Of a stretch of DNA of 64,000 nucleotides, positions 42,236 through 51,598 are shown in pieces. The notes below the pieces were generated by a model. That model was not told the origin of the DNA, did no database searches, and saw only the letters and a list, made by a program, of their open reading frames with translations. This DNA is from an uncultured Candidatus Saccharibacteria bacterium. Its GTDB lineage: Bacteria; Patescibacteriota; Minisyncoccia; UBA6257; GWB1-50-10. Made by a program: the position numbers and the translations under genes. The stretch covers positions 39,463-103,462 of the forward strand of contig CAYUXY010000002.1 of the NCBI GenBank assembly GCA_964449245.1, given 5' to 3'. How positions within the stretch are numbered: the first letter of the stretch is position 1; every line of letters starts with the position of its first letter.

Positions 42236-44767
42236 TCACGCACCATGACAACGCTTATATTTTACGGGCACCCCGTCGCTATTTTTCGCACCACACGGGC
42301 ACGGATCGTTTCTGCCAACATGTTCGGTATTCATCGAAGATATCTGTTTTTTGGATTCATTTTTCGCACTGCCAGCTATTTTATCAAGACTTATATCAAA
42401 AAGCGGAAAAACGGTATTCCACACAAGCCCGTCAAAATTATTATTCAACGCTTTAAAAAGCCCGTGCGCTTCTCTCCTATATTCTACAAGTGGCTCATGC
42501 TGGCCGTATGCGCGAATATTCACCGAATCCCGCAAGCTTTCGAGATTTTCCAGATGTTCAACCCAAAGTGTATCTATTATCCTTACAAAATGTTTCGCTA
42601 TAGTTTGTCCGCGCTCTTTTTCTATTGTCTCCGGAATTGTTTTTAATTTGTCTTCAATTTTAGCGAGCTCGGTCGCGCGTTTTTCTTCCGTTTCCGCATT
42701 TGCATCCTTGAGCGTCGAGGCAATATGACGCACATTTTCCGCAAACCGTTCGAGTGTTTCGCGCACAATTCCGAGAATTTCTCCTTTTTCTCCCGCGATA
42801 AGAATTTTCTCTCTCCTCGAATAAATTGCCGAGCGCTGTTTGTTTAACACATCGTCAAAATCAAGCAGATGTTTTCTGGCGTCAAAATTAGCGCCCTCAA
42901 CTTTCTGTTGTGCCTGATTAACCGCCTTTGAAATCATTTTTGCCTCAATCGGCGTGTCTTCGGGAAGATTGAACGCGTCCATAAGCTTTTTCACGCGGTC
43001 TCCGCCGAATATCCTCACTAAATCGTCTTCGAGAGAAAGGAAAAATTGCGATGAACCCGGATCTCCCTGCCGACCGGAACGTCCGCGAAGCTGGTTATCA
43101 ATTCTCCGCGCTTCGTGTCGCTCCGTGCCTATTACGTGTAATCCTCCCAAATTTTTAACCTTCTCCATTTCTTCGTCTGTTGGCGGATTCCCGCCAAGAA
43201 TAATATCAACGCCTCGTCCAGCCATATTCGTCGCGACAGTTACGGCACCTATCCGACCGGCTTGCGCGATAATAGCGCCTTCGCGTTCGTTGTTCTTCGC
43301 ATTCAAAACTTCGTGCGGAATTCCAGCCGTCGCAAGATATGCCGAAATTGTTTCATTATTTTCGATTGACGTCGTGCCGATAAGCACAGGCTGACCTTTT
43401 TCGTGCCTTTCTTTTACTTCTTCGGCAACCGCCTTGTATTTTGCATCTTTTGTTTTATAAATCCTGTCCGGCGATTCTTTTCTTATAAGTGGCCTGTTTG
43501 TAGGTATGGTAACAACATCCAATCCGTAAACTTTATGAAACTCTTCGGCGGACGTCTGCGCCGTTCCCGTCATACCTGCTATTTTTTTATACAATCTGAA
43601 ATAATTTTGTATGGTTATCTGCGCGTAGGTCCTGTTTTCCTCTTTTACAAAAACTCCTTCTTTAGCCTCTATCGCCTGATGAAGCCCGCCGGAATATCGC
43701 CTTCCGTGAAGCATCCGACCGGTAAATTCATCGACGATAATTATCTCGCCGTCTTTCACAACATAATTCTTGTCTTTCTTAAAAAGCGTTTTGGCTTTCA
43801 AACTTTCGTTTAAGAAATGCACCAATCGAGAATTATCCGGATCAAAAATATTTTTTATTCCGAGAGCGCGCTCAACTTTTTCAGTGCCGGTATCAGTCAG
43901 ATTTACGGTACGAAGCTTTTCGTCAACTTCATAATCTTCGCCGTCCGAAAGCTTCGTGACTATATTCGCAAACGTCTTGTAGTTATCGCTCGATGCTTCA
44001 TCGGGCGCGGCTATAATAAGCGGGGTTCTCGCTTCGTCGATTAAAATACTGTCAACCTCGTCAATAATTGCGTATGCCGGAGTTCTCTGTACTCGATCGG
44101 AAAGATTTAAAACAAGATTGTCGCGCAGATAATCAAATCCGAATTCGTGATTTGTTCCATATGTTACATCGGCAAGATACGCTTCCCTTCTCGAAATAGG
44201 ACGAAGAAATTTTTCTATGACGCGGAAACCTCCCGTTTCGTCTCTTTCTTTATCTACGGTTTCCTCCATTTCAAAAGACGGGTCATATGAATATGCCGTG
44301 TCGTGAACTATACATGAAACAGTAAGCCCAAGAGCATGATATATCTGCCCCATCCATACGGCATCTCTTCTCGCCAGATAGTCGTTAACAGTAACGACAT
44401 GAACGCCTTCTCCGGAAAGAGCATTCAGATACGCGGAAAGCGTTGCGACGAGCGTTTTTCCCTCTCCGGTCTTCATTTCGGCAATCTTGCCTTCGTGAAG
44501 CACGGCGCCTCCTATTATTTGAACATCGTAATGTCTCTTACCTGATGTACGCTTTGACGCTTCGCGAACAAGCGCAAAAGCTTCCGGCATTATTTGGTCA
44601 TTAAAACCATCATTACGAACCCTTTCTTTTAACGTGAGTGATTTTGCTTTTAATTCTTCATCCGACAGACGACTTAGCTCGTCTTCGTATGAATTAGTGA
44701 GAAAAACGAGCGTCTCGAGACGCTTTAATGGATTTCCACTGATAATTTTTGAAAATATTGAGAACAT
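42236..44767 (-). CDS. secA: Preprotein translocase SecA
   Basis: MKTGEGKT, DEVDSILIDEARTPL, TNMAGRG, QLRGRSGRQGDPG, SEC-C GRNDPCPCG; start MFSIF (44767), alternative ATG at 44809. Confidence 0.97.
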   Translation of the reverse strand: MFSIFSKIISGNPLKRLETLVFLTNSYEDELSRLSDEELKAKSLTLKERVRNDGFNDQIMPEAFALVREASKRTSGKRHYDVQIIGGAVLHEGKIAEMKTGEGKTLVATLSAYLNALSGEGVHVVTVNDYLARRDAVWMGQIYHALGLTVSCIVHDTAYSYDPSFEMEETVDKERDETGGFRVIEKFLRPISRREAYLADVTYGTNHEFGFDYLRDNLVLNLSDRVQRTPAYAIIDEVDSILIDEARTPLIIAAPDEASSDNYKTFANIVTKLSDGEDYEVDEKLRTVNLTDTGTEKVERALGIKNIFDPDNSRLVHFLNESLKAKTLFKKDKNYVVKDGEIIIVDEFTGRMLHGRRYSGGLHQAIEAKEGVFVKEENRTYAQITIQNYFRLYKKIAGMTGTAQTSAEEFHKVYGLDVVTIPTNRPLIRKESPDRIYKTKDAKYKAVAEEVKERHEKGQPVLIGTTSIENNETISAYLATAGIPHEVLNAKNNEREGAIIAQAGRIGAVTVATNMAGRGVDIILGGNPPTDEEMEKVKNLGGLHVIGTERHEARRIDNQLRGRSGRQGDPGSSQFFLSLEDDLVRIFGGDRVKKLMDAFNLPEDTPIEAKMISKAVNQAQQKVEGANFDARKHLLDFDDVLNKQRSAIYSRREKILIAGEKGEILGIVRETLERFAENVRHIASTLKDANAETEEKRATELAKIEDKLKTIPETIEKERGQTIAKHFVRIIDTLWVEHLENLESLRDSVNIRAYGQHEPLVEYRREAHGLFKALNNNFDGLVWNTVFPLFDISLDKIAGSAKNESKKQISSMNTEHVGRNDPCPCGAKNSDGVPVKYKRCHGA

Positions 44768-44903
44768 ACGAAGTACAAAAACAAGCTCTCCGGCGACCGG
44801 AGTGGCCATGGCGGTGACCTCCAAATTTTTTTAAATGTTGAGCGAGTGCGCGTCCATAGCCACTCAGGGCGTCTGAAATACACGCACATTAAGGATACCA
44901 TAT

Positions 44904-45012
44904 AAAAAGAACCCCGCCAGCCCTTGCGGACTGGCGGGGATTGGAGGGATTCCTTGCATTTCTCCGCTTCGGTAAACCGCATTGGAGACAAGAAATCTAC
45001 ACCCAACTCAAC
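44904..45012 (-). ncRNA. Candidate ~110-nt small RNA of unknown family upstream of secA
   Basis: Promoter TTGCTT-17-TATAGT (45019-45047); long bulged hairpin 44941-45006; terminator 44904-44939. Confidence 0.55.
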
Positions 45013-45057
45013 GAAAGCACTATATCATAGAAAAATTCAAAAAGCAAGAGCAAAAAC

Positions 45058-45164
45058 AGTTATTAGTTTTTAGTTGTTGGTTTTTAGTTATAATGTATTT
45101 TCTAAAAACTAATTACTTTTAACTTCCTTTCCCCGTCTTTTTACTTTCATCTTTTAACTTTCGA
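45058..45164. repeat. Composite spacer (inverted E, E, B)
   Basis: tagtttttagttgttggtttttagtt / ctaaaaactaattact / tttaact-ttcatct blocks. Confidence 0.75.
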
Positions 45165-46211
45165 CTATTCCTTCGGTCCTTCAATCACTTCCGGACTTAT
45201 GCCCGCAACTTCTCCGCCTATACGCATCACATCTTTGTCTATTTTTCCAAATTCTTTATACGCGCTGTTATACATACTGACAGTCGTCCCGAGATGACCT
45301 CCGAGCTTTTTCATATACGATTCGTAGCTTAATAGATGTTTGCCAAGCTCCTCTACCCTCTGCCTGATTTCTTTTGCGGATTCCTCAATTTTCAATGCGC
45401 GTAGTCCCTGCAAAACCGTCTGCAAATACGCGAGAAAATTTGTAGGAGAAACAATGATGACTTTTTTCTCCTTAAACGCGTACTCAATCATATCACGCGT
45501 GTTTACTTTTACTGCTCCGACTTTATTCACAAGAAGATCATAATAAATCGCTTCGGAGGGAATAAACATAAAAGCGAAGTCCATTGTGTTTTCTTCGGGA
45601 CGAACATACTTTGATGTTTCATCGATTCTATTTTTCAAATCAGCCTTAAACTGCCTCTCAATGACCTCTCTCGCAACGGGGTCGCGTTCATTCAAAATTC
45701 TCTCATAATTTTCGAGCGAGAACTTCGCGTCTATCGGAATAATTTTTTCTTTCACAAAAACGACTGCATCCACAATTTCTCCGTCTGCAAATTTATACTG
45801 CATTTCATACGAATTTGGAGGAAGTACGTTTTTAAGAGTTTCTTCAAGAAAATATTCGCCCAAAATGCCTCTTTGTTTTGGATTTTTCAGTATATCCTGC
45901 AAAGACTGGAGCTGATCCGCGAAACCGATAACCTGCTTATTAGTCTCGTCGAGCTTCGTAAGTTTTTCTGTAACATCGCGGACGATTTTTGCGCTCTCGC
46001 TAAACTGTCTCTCCATAGAACGCGTGGACTCGTAAATCCTCGAATCAATGGCTCGATTCATTTCGTTTAACTGCCCCTGCAAAATGGAAAGCGCCGAATC
46101 CCCTCCATCTTTTTTGCGCGATAAATGCAACACAAGAAAAATAAGGGCGCCAAAACCGACGAGAAAAATAATTGCGACGACAATGAGAAGTGTTGTGTTC
46201 ATATAATTCAA
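45165..46211 (-). CDS. rmuC: DNA recombination protein RmuC
   Basis: N-terminal TM and coiled coil; PKQRGILGE, PIDAKF, FMFIPSEAIY, VSPT. Confidence 0.92.
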   Translation of the reverse strand: MNYMNTTLLIVVAIIFLVGFGALIFLVLHLSRKKDGGDSALSILQGQLNEMNRAIDSRIYESTRSMERQFSESAKIVRDVTEKLTKLDETNKQVIGFADQLQSLQDILKNPKQRGILGEYFLEETLKNVLPPNSYEMQYKFADGEIVDAVVFVKEKIIPIDAKFSLENYERILNERDPVAREVIERQFKADLKNRIDETSKYVRPEENTMDFAFMFIPSEAIYYDLLVNKVGAVKVNTRDMIEYAFKEKKVIIVSPTNFLAYLQTVLQGLRALKIEESAKEIRQRVEELGKHLLSYESYMKKLGGHLGTTVSMYNSAYKEFGKIDKDVMRIGGEVAGISPEVIEGPKE

Positions 46212-46564
46212 TTAATCGAAGCGACAAGAGCAATAGCTACAAAAATAAGTATCCCTATAAGTATGTTTACGGATAAGAAAAGATAAGCGAGACCACGTTC
46301 CCGTAAAAAGAGATAATTGCCTATTGCCGAATTTAAAATCGCGATACAAAAACCGGCAAGCCATATGCCAAAAAGCCCTGATGACTCGCCAAACATAGTA
46401 ATACCTCGCATATTATCAAACTTTAAAACAATCGGCTCTGCGAGACGCGGAGCGAAAAAAAATGAGAAAATAAGCGATACGAGAAATATTCCGACAGAAA
46501 CAATAAAGATTGTACGCAATGTTTTGTCGGGCCAAAAATGCAATTTAATATGATATTTACCCAT
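46208..46564 (-). CDS. Small three-TM membrane protein
   Basis: Three hydrophobic segments; overlaps the rmuC start. Confidence 0.7.
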   Translation of the reverse strand: MGKYHIKLHFWPDKTLRTIFIVSVGIFLVSLIFSFFFAPRLAEPIVLKFDNMRGITMFGESSGLFGIWLAGFCIAILNSAIGNYLFLRERGLAYLFLSVNILIGILIFVAIALVASIN

Positions 46565-46597
46565 ATAATTTATTGTATCTCCGGAGACAAAAAAGCG

Positions 46598-47473
46598 CTA
46601 TCGCAAGCCAAAAACAGATATGTGTCCACCTGAAATTTCAGCTTTTATCGTTCCATATTCATCCGTCCTGAATATTTCCGCTCCAGAGTCTAAAATACGA
46701 CCGACCGCCTCCATAGACGGATGTCCATACGAATTTTTGCCAACCTCTATAAATGCGAGTTTTGGCTTTATTGCGCTTAAAAAATCATTACCGCTCGAAT
46801 ATTTCGAGCCGTGATGTGCAACCTTCAGAATATCTATCTCTGGCAAAAAAGATGCGATTGCGGATTCCGAAGCAAAGCCTACGTCTCCGGAAAAGAGCGC
46901 GCTTGCCCCGTCGCTCCTTAGAAGAGTAACCATACTATTGTCATTCATATTTTTTTGTACGCTATCGTATCTCGGCCACAAAATTTCTATTACTGAATCC
47001 CGATAATGGATTTTGTCGCCTCCGGAAACAACGATGCGCGTAATGCCTGCGCTATTTATTTCTTCTTCAAAAACTTCGAAAGATTCGCTGTCGCTTTTAA
47101 GTTTCGCGAGAGCAAGCGATCTTATAGGCATACTTTTTATAACATCCGCAAACCCGCCATAATGGTCTATTTCCGGATGTGTTAAAATCGCTAAATCTAT
47201 TTTTTTATTTGTAAAAGGAAGTATGTTGCCAATTTCGTTCGCTGATCGGCCGTTAGCCGGCCCGGCGTCTATCAAAATATTTACTCCGCCCGCAAAAGTT
47301 ATAAGCTCGCTGTCGCCTTGCCCTACGTCAAGAAAATAAAGAGCTGTTCCGTTTGTGTCTTCGGATAAAAATCCGGCAATTGCAAAAATATCAAACACGA
47401 GGCATATTGCCGTTATTGAGAAAAAAATATTCAGACGTTTTCTTTTTTCGTAATATTGTTCTCGCGATTCCAT
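46598..47473 (-). CDS. ComEC-associated metallo-beta-lactamase-fold nuclease
   Basis: FLDVGQGD, THPEIDHYGG, LKVAHHGSK, NSYGHP. Confidence 0.92.
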   Translation of the reverse strand: MESREQYYEKRKRLNIFFSITAICLVFDIFAIAGFLSEDTNGTALYFLDVGQGDSELITFAGGVNILIDAGPANGRSANEIGNILPFTNKKIDLAILTHPEIDHYGGFADVIKSMPIRSLALAKLKSDSESFEVFEEEINSAGITRIVVSGGDKIHYRDSVIEILWPRYDSVQKNMNDNSMVTLLRSDGASALFSGDVGFASESAIASFLPEIDILKVAHHGSKYSSGNDFLSAIKPKLAFIEVGKNSYGHPSMEAVGRILDSGAEIFRTDEYGTIKAEISGGHISVFGLR

Positions 47474-48902
47474 AAAAAATGATTAACGCTGTGTAATATA
47501 ATAGCACGGCTGGAGTGGAAAAATTCAGGGACACGCCTCCGCTAATTTTACCAAAAAATTCTATGATTCCTATTTCGCATTGTAACAAGAATCCGAGCAC
47601 TACTCCGGAGATAATCGAAAGAAAAGGCAGTGAAAGCTCCACAAAAACAGAGACAAACCCGAGAGCCATTGTAAACGGCGTAAGGGATAAAAGAACTATA
47701 TTTGCCGGCAAGGACGCAAGAGAGACAAAGCCAAATTTGGAAAGCAAAATTGGCAAAACCGTTATTTGCGCGGAAACGGTAGTTAACAGATTTTCTTTCC
47801 ACGAGAATATTCCTTTGTCTCCGTTTGTGTTCAAAAAAAGTTCTATTTTGGGCTTCAAATAAACGATGCCGAGTAAAGCGAGGAACGAGAGTTGAAAGCC
47901 GATATCAAAAATCAAAATTCGGGGATTATATAAAGACATAATTAGCGCCGAGAGCAAAATAACATTTTTCATACTTTCCCCGCTTCCAAATAGGCGCCCG
48001 AAAAGAATAGATGCCCCCATGATTCCTGCGCGGGCAACCGAAGGCTCCCCTCCCGTCATTATTGAAAATCCGGCTATCGAAAACAGCGATGCGAAAAACG
48101 AACCTCGCGGAGTCATAAAAAGCGTAAACAGTGATGCTACGGCAAGAATTAAAATTGTTATGTTGTATCCGGAAAGCGCGACGAGATGCGTAGTTCCACT
48201 CTTCTTCATAGCTTCATCAAATTCGGAAGAAAAATCGTTTGTATTGCCAAGCAATATACCCTTTAAAAAAGCTGCGGATTTATACGGCAAAATAGCATTA
48301 ATTGCGAGCTCGACTTTTCCTTTTATTTTAAATAGCGCGGATTTAATGAAAGAACCGTTATTATGAGAAATTAAAATAATTTCAGGAAACGATAAAATTC
48401 CATACATTCCTTCTTTTATTAAATAATTTCCATATCCGTTTTCGGGAATCTGTTTTATTTCTCCGGTAAATTCTACTTTGTCGCCATATTTGAAGACAGG
48501 AAATCTCGCGGTCTGAATAAGTATATTACCCCTATAAGGCTCTGATAATTTTACCGCAATCTCCTGCTTTTTTTCTGAAAACGCCGGCGATTTTGACACA
48601 ATACCTTGAATCGTAACGGCATCTGAAAATGGAATATTTATTTTACTATTCTGTATATCAAAAAATCCGGAATAAAACGCTCCGCAAAATATAAATGATG
48701 CCACGAATGGAAAAAACAAAAAGCCTTTCTTTTTGGAGAAAAAATAGCAAACGAGCGGAACTATAAATAAAACGAGTATGAACGGGAATGCCGTCACGCC
48801 GAAACCTAAGCTCGCAAGCGCAATTCCAATGAGCACTCCCGACGACCCCCAAAAGAATTTTTTATGCAGAGCATCAAGCGAATGCGCGAGAAAAAATGAC
48901 AT
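47391..48902 (-). CDS. comEC: ComEC/Rec2 DNA uptake channel (OB and competence domains)
   Basis: GTTHLVALSGYNI, PSVARAGIM, DIGFQLSFLA; start uncertain. Confidence 0.92.
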   Translation of the reverse strand: MSFFLAHSLDALHKKFFWGSSGVLIGIALASLGFGVTAFPFILVLFIVPLVCYFFSKKKGFLFFPFVASFIFCGAFYSGFFDIQNSKINIPFSDAVTIQGIVSKSPAFSEKKQEIAVKLSEPYRGNILIQTARFPVFKYGDKVEFTGEIKQIPENGYGNYLIKEGMYGILSFPEIILISHNNGSFIKSALFKIKGKVELAINAILPYKSAAFLKGILLGNTNDFSSEFDEAMKKSGTTHLVALSGYNITILILAVASLFTLFMTPRGSFFASLFSIAGFSIMTGGEPSVARAGIMGASILFGRLFGSGESMKNVILLSALIMSLYNPRILIFDIGFQLSFLALLGIVYLKPKIELFLNTNGDKGIFSWKENLLTTVSAQITVLPILLSKFGFVSLASLPANIVLLSLTPFTMALGFVSVFVELSLPFLSIISGVVLGFLLQCEIGIIEFFGKISGGVSLNFSTPAVLLYYTALIIFYGIARTILRKKKTSEYFFLNNGNMPRV

Positions 48903-48913
48903 GAGCGAAAAAT

Positions 48914-49050
48914 ACAAATTTCGAATTACCTAATTTCGAATTTCGATTGAATGAATTAATGATAAAATTTCTGAATGCATTTGCTTGCACTAACAACTAA
49001 AAACTAATAACTACAAACTGCATTACGCCACTTTATGAACTTTTAACTGA
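48914..49050. repeat. Composite spacer (inverted A, E, B)
   Basis: Inverted A core 48916-48953 (37/38 to 41120-41157); ctaacaactaaaaactaataacta. Confidence 0.85.
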
Positions 49051-49054
49051 TCTG

Positions 49055-49558
49055 TTACATTCTATTTCCTAACTCCTTCCTTATCACTCTCATCAGTTTT
49101 GATTTATCTTCTCCGGCACAAACAACGCCTGCATTTTCGTATCCCATTTTTTCATAGAATGCGTATGCCGTATCCCTGTACCTTTCTGCGCTCCTTCCCA
49201 TTATTTCAGTAAATCCGAGATCCTTTGCTTTTTCTTCCACGAGACTAAGAAGAGTTCTGCCAATACCCTTACCGCGACAATCTTTTTCGAGATACAAAAT
49301 CTTTAATTCGCACGGCTTTTCCGTTTTGGCAAACTCAACAATTTTTGGCAATACATCGCAAATACCGGTAATTCCGACAATGATGTCGTTATCTACAGCA
49401 ACCCAATATTTAGCATTGAATTCAGTTTTATCTTTAATATATCCCCCTATTCTTTCAATATATTTTTTTACCTCACTTTCGTCAGTCCATTCGGATAATA
49501 TCTTTTCTATCGCCGGCAAATCTTCCTCTACGGGTTTTCTAATAATTATGTTCGACAT
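49055..49558 (-). CDS. GNAT-family N-acetyltransferase
   Basis: RGKGIGRTLL acetyl-CoA motif; AFYEKMGY. Confidence 0.9.
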   Translation of the reverse strand: MSNIIIRKPVEEDLPAIEKILSEWTDESEVKKYIERIGGYIKDKTEFNAKYWVAVDNDIIVGITGICDVLPKIVEFAKTEKPCELKILYLEKDCRGKGIGRTLLSLVEEKAKDLGFTEIMGRSAERYRDTAYAFYEKMGYENAGVVCAGEDKSKLMRVIRKELGNRM

Positions 49559-49579
49559 ATCTTAATATTAATTTAATAA

Positions 49580-49745
49580 CTGAGTAAAAAGTTGAAAGTA
49601 CAAAAGATGAAAGTGAAAAAACTAAAGCACGAATGTGGGTATTTTTCTTTCTTTTCTTTTAACTTTAAACTTTTATCTTTTTACTTTTGTCTTTTATCTT
49701 TCTGCATTCTTCTCTAACAACTAAAAACTAAAATCTAAAAACTGC
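49580..49745. repeat. Composite spacer (inverted B, B, E)
   Basis: gaaagtacaaaagatgaaagt ... tttaact-ttttatct-tttgtct ... ctaacaactaaaaacta. Confidence 0.8.
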
Positions 49746-49746
49746 A

Positions 49747-51450
49747 TTACGCCACTTCCGCTTGATAACATTCTTTGCAATAAATAATCGGAGCATTTTT
49801 CTCTAAAAATGTAGTCCTAAACGAAACTCCACACTTGGAACATTCGCGCTCTATTGTTTTGCAATAATTGATATTTTCAATCCACCTGTTTACCTTTTTC
49901 ATAATCCTACACATAGGACACTCCCGCGGAAGAGGCAAGTTCATTCTTTTTAAAAACTGAAATTCCATACCTATTATGCGAAATCCATTACCGCAGGCGG
50001 AACATTTAATAACTTCGTTTAAGATTGATTCGTCCGCGTCTTTTATATTATCAGGCAATTCATCGAAATTTTTAGTTATCTCGTGCTCTTTTTGCGGTCT
50101 GTCTATCCACCGCAATCCTTCATTTTCCGACTGCTCTCTTGTCTTCGGAAAAAATAAACTCCCAAAAGAATCGTTGTATGGAACGTCGGATAATTCCATA
50201 GGGAAAAATTCGCCGTATTTATAAATATTTCCCTTTTTATCCGTATATGGCATTTCGTCCATATGTTTTATTATTTTTTCGCGAAGAGAATTGAATTCGT
50301 CCTCTGAATATCTTTTGTTCAATATGCAATACTCTCCTTTGTTTACCGATACGCAACCAAAATGATTTTTGCCTCCATTAGACAATCTCGAATATTCGGC
50401 ATCGGATTGACCTAATCCGCTTTCCCAGCAAAATTTTATTCCAGAAATGTTTTCTCCAACGTTTACGGAATCATAAGAACGGCTCATATTATTTCCCCAG
50501 CTTGAAATGTCGTATGATTCGCTTGACGGATTATCATTTACCAAAAACAAGAATTTTGAATCCTGCGAAAAACTCGTTTCGAAGCCTTCCATCACATTTT
50601 TCGAATTGAAAATATAATTTCCGGTTGAATTAACGCAAAATCTGTCATAAAGCCCTTTATACGGGTATTTTTTATTGTTTTCTTCGGCTTGTTTTTTAAC
50701 AGCTATATATTGAGAATATGAACCTAAATCAATTTCCGATAGCTTTCTAAAATATTCTTCTTTTGATAATTGTTCATTAAAGAAGACGTACTTTTTGTTT
50801 TTTATATTTGCAGAAGCAAAACAATTTTGGCACCCAACCGCATCGCGGGTAAACAGGCATTCCATAGATTCTGTAGTGTGATCAACGCCAATACATTTAT
50901 TGTCTTGAAAACTGTGTATTGAATCGAAACACAGCTCCGAATCTGAGGTTATGGAACAATCAAAAACCTCTTTATTGTCAAAATGGTGAAAGCCATAAGC
51001 GCAATTTTCATCCCTGTCGCTATGAAAAATAAGATACGAATTTTTCTGATTCCCTACGTGGTTCGTATATGGAGAGGTGGCAATGGACGCGATGTCTGTA
51101 GAAAGCGCGGACAAGGGAGCCTCGTGCAACAACTCATTAAATTGTTCGAAAAACGGGCGCGAAAAATCATAGTCTCTTCCGTAATCATACGGGCTCCAAT
51201 TATCGCTCCACCAACATTTTGCGCAATAAACTACGTATTTTGCGTCAGGCGGATATCGCGAAACAACACTTTTTTTGCATAAATCGCAGTCTCGTTTATA
51301 AAGACGAAATGTGTTTAAAAAAGCCAATCTCCGCTCTAATCTGCACATCGGGCAAAACGTCGGTGGAGGAACGTCAATCTTCTGATAAAAAGCTTCATCG
51401 TCAGGCGTGATTTCAAAATCTGTTTTACAATTTTGGCACGGCTTATTCAT
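49747..51450 (-). CDS. Cys-rich protein with multiple CxxC motifs and a beta-helix-like core, paralog 1
   Basis: CQNC, CPMC, CDLC, YDFSRPFFEQF, YGEFFP, LPRECPMCR, IYCKECY. Confidence 0.8.
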   Translation of the reverse strand: MNKPCQNCKTDFEITPDDEAFYQKIDVPPPTFCPMCRLERRLAFLNTFRLYKRDCDLCKKSVVSRYPPDAKYVVYCAKCWWSDNWSPYDYGRDYDFSRPFFEQFNELLHEAPLSALSTDIASIATSPYTNHVGNQKNSYLIFHSDRDENCAYGFHHFDNKEVFDCSITSDSELCFDSIHSFQDNKCIGVDHTTESMECLFTRDAVGCQNCFASANIKNKKYVFFNEQLSKEEYFRKLSEIDLGSYSQYIAVKKQAEENNKKYPYKGLYDRFCVNSTGNYIFNSKNVMEGFETSFSQDSKFLFLVNDNPSSESYDISSWGNNMSRSYDSVNVGENISGIKFCWESGLGQSDAEYSRLSNGGKNHFGCVSVNKGEYCILNKRYSEDEFNSLREKIIKHMDEMPYTDKKGNIYKYGEFFPMELSDVPYNDSFGSLFFPKTREQSENEGLRWIDRPQKEHEITKNFDELPDNIKDADESILNEVIKCSACGNGFRIIGMEFQFLKRMNLPLPRECPMCRIMKKVNRWIENINYCKTIERECSKCGVSFRTTFLEKNAPIIYCKECYQAEVA

Positions 51451-51598
51451 AATTTCTAATTACTTAATTTCGAATTTCGATTGAATGAATCAATGATTGA
51501 ATGGAAAAAGTATAAAGTTGTAAGACAAAAGATGAAAGTAAGAATGCAACTATTTTTCTCTGTTTTTTTTCTTTTAACTTTAAACTTTCGTCTTTTGT
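51449..51598. repeat. Composite spacer (inverted A, inverted B, B)
   Basis: 51450-51487 is the exact reverse complement of 39483-39520. Confidence 0.88.
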
